This document shows positions 52,424 through 55,781 of a DNA stretch of 55,781 nt, piece by piece. Each line of letters opens with the position of its first letter. Within the stretch, counting starts at the first letter, position 1. Below the pieces are notes generated by a model. The model did no database searches, was not told the origin of the DNA, and saw only the letters and a program-made list of their open reading frames with translations. The translations under genes and the position numbers were made by a program. Source of the stretch: an uncultured Alphaproteobacteria bacterium (lineage in GTDB: Bacteria > Pseudomonadota > Alphaproteobacteria > MPNO01 > UBA830); the NCBI GenBank assembly GCA_905479125.1, contig CAJQLI010000382.1, forward strand, positions 1 to 55,781. The letters run 5' to 3'.

Positions 52424-54550
52424 ATGGCCGAGCGAAAACCTCCCAAACCAAAATCGTCGCCAAAGCGCAAGACGCAGAAAACCGGAAAGGCAGCGCCTGG
52501 AACCGGTCAACGTAACTCTGTGTCTGCCAGCGGGCGTAGTGGGAAGGCGGGCGGCAAAGGGGCGGGTACCAAAAACACCGGTTCCCGTAAACCCGCATCA
52601 ACAGCAGCGAAGAAGTCCGGCAGCCTGAACGAAAGGTCGCGTCGCTCCAGGGTTATTCTCTTGACGTTGAAATGGTCCGTCATCGCCGGTATCTGGGGGG
52701 TGATCGCACTCGGTGTCGTCGTCGCGTGGTACGCCTATGATCTGCCGGATATCGACAAACTTGAGGCCCCCACCCGAAAGGCAAGCATTACTCTGACGGA
52801 TGCTGACGGGCGCGAGATTACCAGCTATGGCGATCTCTATGGCGACCCGCTGCGACTTGCCGATGTACCCCCTTATCTGGTCCAGGCGATCGTTGCCACC
52901 GAAGACCGGCGGTTCTTTGAACACCTGGGATTCGATCCGTATGCTCTTGGCCGTGCGGTGGTTGCCAACGTCATTGCCGGACGGGTCCGCCAGGGTGGCA
53001 GCACCCTTACCCAGCAGCTTGCGAAAAACGTGTTTCTGAAACCGGACAGAACGTTGCGGCGCAAGGTTCAGGAATTGCTGCTGGCCTTCTGGCTCGAGGC
53101 GAATTTCACCAAGGAACAGATTTTCACGCTGTATATCAACCGGGTGTACCTGGGCTCCGGCACCTTTGGCGTCGATGCCGCAGCGCGGCGTTATTTTGGA
53201 AAATCGGCCCGCCGTGTCACCCTGCACGAAGCGGCTGTCCTTGCCGGTCTGCTCAAAGCGCCGTCCCGTTATTCGCCGCTCCGCAGCAGGAAGGCGGCCG
53301 AGGACCGTGCGCGTGTCGTACTGGGTACAATGGTTGCCGCCGGTTTCCTGGACGAGCAAACAGCCAAGAATGCCGGGCGCCAGAGCCTGCGACTCGCTGC
53401 GACAACGAAGCGAAGCAACGCGGCACGGTACTTCACGGATTGGGCGCTCGAACGGGTCGCCGGGTTCGCCGGCGCGCGCGGCCGCGACCTGATTGTGCGC
53501 ACCACAATGGATTCCCGTTTGCAGAGCCTGGCAGAAAAACAGTTGCGGGCAACACTCCTTAAGCATGGAAAGTCACGGCACATAAGCCAGGCGGCCCTGG
53601 TGTCGATGTCGCCGGACGGCGCGGTGCGCGCGCTCGTGGGCGGGCGTGACTATGGAACCAGCCAGTATAACAGGGCTTTCCAGGCGCAACGTCAGCCCGG
53701 CTCGGCGTTCAAATTGTTTGTCTATCTTGCCGCGATGGAAAACGGGTTGACCCCCGACGACCAGTTTATTGACGGCCCGCTTCGGATCGGCAAATGGCGC
53801 CCGCGGAATTACGGCGGCAATTTCCTTGGCAGCGTTACCCTGCGTGAAGCCGTTGCACGATCGATAAACACGGTGGCTGTACAGGTCTCGGAAAAGGTTG
53901 GCCGGGGTAAAGTGATCGACGCGGCCCGCCGCCTCGGCATCACGTCGCCACTGAAGTCGCATCCGAGCCTTGCGCTTGGGGCGAGCGAGGTGTCGCTGGT
54001 GGAATTGACGGCGGCCTATGGTGTGATTGCCAATGGCGGGGTTGCCGTCTGGCCACATGGTATTTCTGAAATCCGTGAACGGGGCGGAAGCGTGCTCTAT
54101 CGCCGGACCGACGGCGCCGCGGCCCAGGTTGTCGAACCGGGCGCGGTACAGCGGGTCAACGATCTGTTGCGGGCTGTCGTCGCCTGGGGGTCCGGTAAGG
54201 CCGCCAACCCCAAACGGCCTGCGGCGGGCAAAACCGGTACCAGCCAGGATTTCCGCGATGCCTGGTTTGTCGGGTATACCGGCGAACTGGTGACGGGCGT
54301 GTGGATGGGAAATGATGACAGCTCGCCGATGAAACGCGTGACCGGCGGCAGCCTGCCGGCGCTTCTGTGGCGCGATTTTACGATCCCGGCGCTTGACGGC
54401 GTTTCCGCCAAACCGCTCGCGCCGGTCGTCACGGTGCCGTCGACCCCAGGACGCGCGACCGGACCAGACCGGAACGCCAAGTCGCCATGGTGGCGTCCGC
54501 GGGGAAGCGTGGAGTCGACGGATCAGGAGGAAGACCTCCGGGGCGACTGA
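52424..54550 (+). CDS. Class A penicillin-binding protein (glycosyltransferase GT51 plus transpeptidase)
   Basis: GT51 motifs EDRRFFEH, GGSTLTQQLAKN and RKVQE. Transpeptidase motifs SAFK, SIN (SxN) and KTGTS. It has a basic K/S/G-rich tail of about 85 aa before the TM helix. Confidence 0.9.
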   Translation: MAERKPPKPKSSPKRKTQKTGKAAPGTGQRNSVSASGRSGKAGGKGAGTKNTGSRKPASTAAKKSGSLNERSRRSRVILLTLKWSVIAGIWGVIALGVVVAWYAYDLPDIDKLEAPTRKASITLTDADGREITSYGDLYGDPLRLADVPPYLVQAIVATEDRRFFEHLGFDPYALGRAVVANVIAGRVRQGGSTLTQQLAKNVFLKPDRTLRRKVQELLLAFWLEANFTKEQIFTLYINRVYLGSGTFGVDAAARRYFGKSARRVTLHEAAVLAGLLKAPSRYSPLRSRKAAEDRARVVLGTMVAAGFLDEQTAKNAGRQSLRLAATTKRSNAARYFTDWALERVAGFAGARGRDLIVRTTMDSRLQSLAEKQLRATLLKHGKSRHISQAALVSMSPDGAVRALVGGRDYGTSQYNRAFQAQRQPGSAFKLFVYLAAMENGLTPDDQFIDGPLRIGKWRPRNYGGNFLGSVTLREAVARSINTVAVQVSEKVGRGKVIDAARRLGITSPLKSHPSLALGASEVSLVELTAAYGVIANGGVAVWPHGISEIRERGGSVLYRRTDGAAAQVVEPGAVQRVNDLLRAVVAWGSGKAANPKRPAAGKTGTSQDFRDAWFVGYTGELVTGVWMGNDDSSPMKRVTGGSLPALLWRDFTIPALDGVSAKPLAPVVTVPSTPGRATGPDRNAKSPWWRPRGSVESTDQEEDLRGD

Positions 54551-54571
54551 TTTTGCTATTTTGGCCGATGG

Positions 54572-55687
54572 TCAGGGTGAAGGGGAGCCGGCTCCGCGTG
54601 GGTTCCGCAGAACCAGCAGGTAGAAACTCAGCAGCAGGATGGGCCCCATACCGAACACCACCCATGCCATCGGCATCATGGAGCCGTCCAGCATCCGGGC
54701 CGTTACGGCGCCGATAACCGCGGCGGTCGACATCTGCAGACAGCTCAGCATCGATGATGCAGCACCCGCCATTTTGGGATAGGGCGAAATGCCACCCGCC
54801 TGGCCGCTCGGGAAGACGAACCCGGTGCCGAACGCGAATCCGGCGAATGGCAGGATCACGGTCCAGACATTGAAGTAGCCGAGCATCGGCAGAATCACGC
54901 CGATTTCGCCGAAAATCGTCATGATAAGCGCGCCATAGACGATCATCCGGTTTATGCCGACCCGTCGGGTGATCCGGGCGGCCAGCAATGTGCCGACGCC
55001 GTAGGCGCCGACCGTGATTGCGTATAGTGCGCCAAATGTATCGGGGGAAATTTTCAGCAGGCCGATCAGGATATAGGCGCTGCAGGAAGTGAAGGCGAAG
55101 ATGCCGCCGTAGCAGATCGCGTTGCACAGCACATATCCCATGTACATTCGTGTCGATAACAGCGTTGCATAATTGCCGATTAAACGCGCCGGCCGGGTGG
55201 CGTCGCGATTCAGGTTGGTATTCGTTTCCCGGAGCAGGAACACAATCGTCATTAGCATCAGGCAGCCGAATGCCGTCAGGAACCAGAACACGGACCGCCA
55301 GCCCGACGAGACTTCAATGACCCCGCCGAATATCGGTCCAACAATCGGCCCGAGGGCAAGGGCTGCACCTATATAGGCGTATACCTGGGCCATCTTGTCG
55401 GATGCGAAGCTGTCTCGGACAATCGCTCTTCCGACGGACATTGTCGCACTGGCGCCCAGTGCCTGAAGCAGGCGGGCCGCGCACAGGCTGTAAAGATCAG
55501 GTGCCAGTGAACACAGAACGGACGCGATGATGAACAGCGCCAGAGACACCGTCAGGACCGGTTTGCGGCCGAACCGGTCTGACATCGGTCCGACAAAAAG
55601 CTGGCCCGCGGCAAACCCGACCATATAGATGCTCAGGATCGCCTGTGCGTCTCCTAATCCAATCCGCCCTTGTAATGCTGGGGCCAT
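54572..55687 (-). CDS. MFS drug-resistance transporter, Bcr/CflA type, with its 5' end rearranged (first TM helix missing from this ORF)
   Basis: GPMSDRFGRKPV is the MFS motif A. The 371-aa ORF has about 11 TM segments. Its first residues derive from antisense of the displaced N-terminal fragment (see findings). Confidence 0.75.
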   Translation of the reverse strand: MAPALQGRIGLGDAQAILSIYMVGFAAGQLFVGPMSDRFGRKPVLTVSLALFIIASVLCSLAPDLYSLCAARLLQALGASATMSVGRAIVRDSFASDKMAQVYAYIGAALALGPIVGPIFGGVIEVSSGWRSVFWFLTAFGCLMLMTIVFLLRETNTNLNRDATRPARLIGNYATLLSTRMYMGYVLCNAICYGGIFAFTSCSAYILIGLLKISPDTFGALYAITVGAYGVGTLLAARITRRVGINRMIVYGALIMTIFGEIGVILPMLGYFNVWTVILPFAGFAFGTGFVFPSGQAGGISPYPKMAGAASSMLSCLQMSTAAVIGAVTARMLDGSMMPMAWVVFGMGPILLLSFYLLVLRNPRGAGSPSP

Positions 55688-55763
55688 TCACCAACAACAT
55701 CATGGTCCCGTCCCTGCCGGCGCTGGCCATCGACCTGCGGATTGGATTCGGAGACGCACAGGC
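55641..55763. repeat. 27-bp inverted repeat pair (26/27) bracketing the flipped N-terminal coding fragment of the MFS gene
   Basis: 55641-55667 gcctgtgcgtctcctaatccaatccgc is the reverse complement of 55737-55763 gcggattggattcggagacgcacaggc, apart from one base. In addition, ggcaaacccgaccatatagat is directly repeated at 55610-55630 and 55761-55781. Confidence 0.9.
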
Positions 55764-55781
55764 AAACCCGACCATATAGAT

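Overview
This window is a core chromosomal segment of a GC-rich alphaproteobacterium (about 55-60% GC, judged by eye). The lineage call rests on MucR/Ros, Irr, an alpha-type Fur/Mur, OlsB/OlsA and the rpsT-dnaA neighbourhood. It holds about 55 protein genes, nearly all recognisable housekeeping functions. In order they are: a partial nfu gene, a small cell-wall trio (Bax-like glucosaminidase, polysaccharide deacetylase, DdpX/VanX dipeptidase), tsaB-rimI, a TusA-like gene, mucR, fur and olsB-olsA. Next come the overlap-coupled miaB-phoH-ybeY-corC string followed by lnt, an XRE regulator, metK, trmB and the rimP-nusA-ylxR-infB-rbfA-truB-rpsO-pnp block. After an accessory stretch come an SH3 protein, a 2-hydroxyacid dehydrogenase, a minus-strand coaBC-dut-moeB-dsrE-like run, ubiE-ubiB, mutM and rpsT. 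The window ends with rhodanese-dnaA, dnaN-recF-gyrB, a GNAT gene, a class A PBP and an MFS exporter. I saw no rRNA, tRNA, CRISPR array, transposase, integrase or recognisable phage-defence gene. The only accessory-looking stretch is about 25.7-35.6 kb. It holds an NMO-like flavoprotein, irr with a rubrerythrin / CCG-type Fe-S protein / DUF3501 triad preceded by Irr-box-like palindromes, a sigma-less STAS / REC-PP2C / kinase partner-switching module, and an MCP with a stand-alone periplasmic Cache-like protein. I found no convincing evidence of a wholly new system. The best candidates for follow-up are the Irr-linked uncharacterised triad, the rearranged 5' end of the MFS gene at the window edge (possibly an assembly artefact), and a promoter-plus-terminator unit upstream of rimP-nusA. 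All functional calls come from reading the translated ORFs against remembered family signatures. No database search was run, and start codons are often uncertain.
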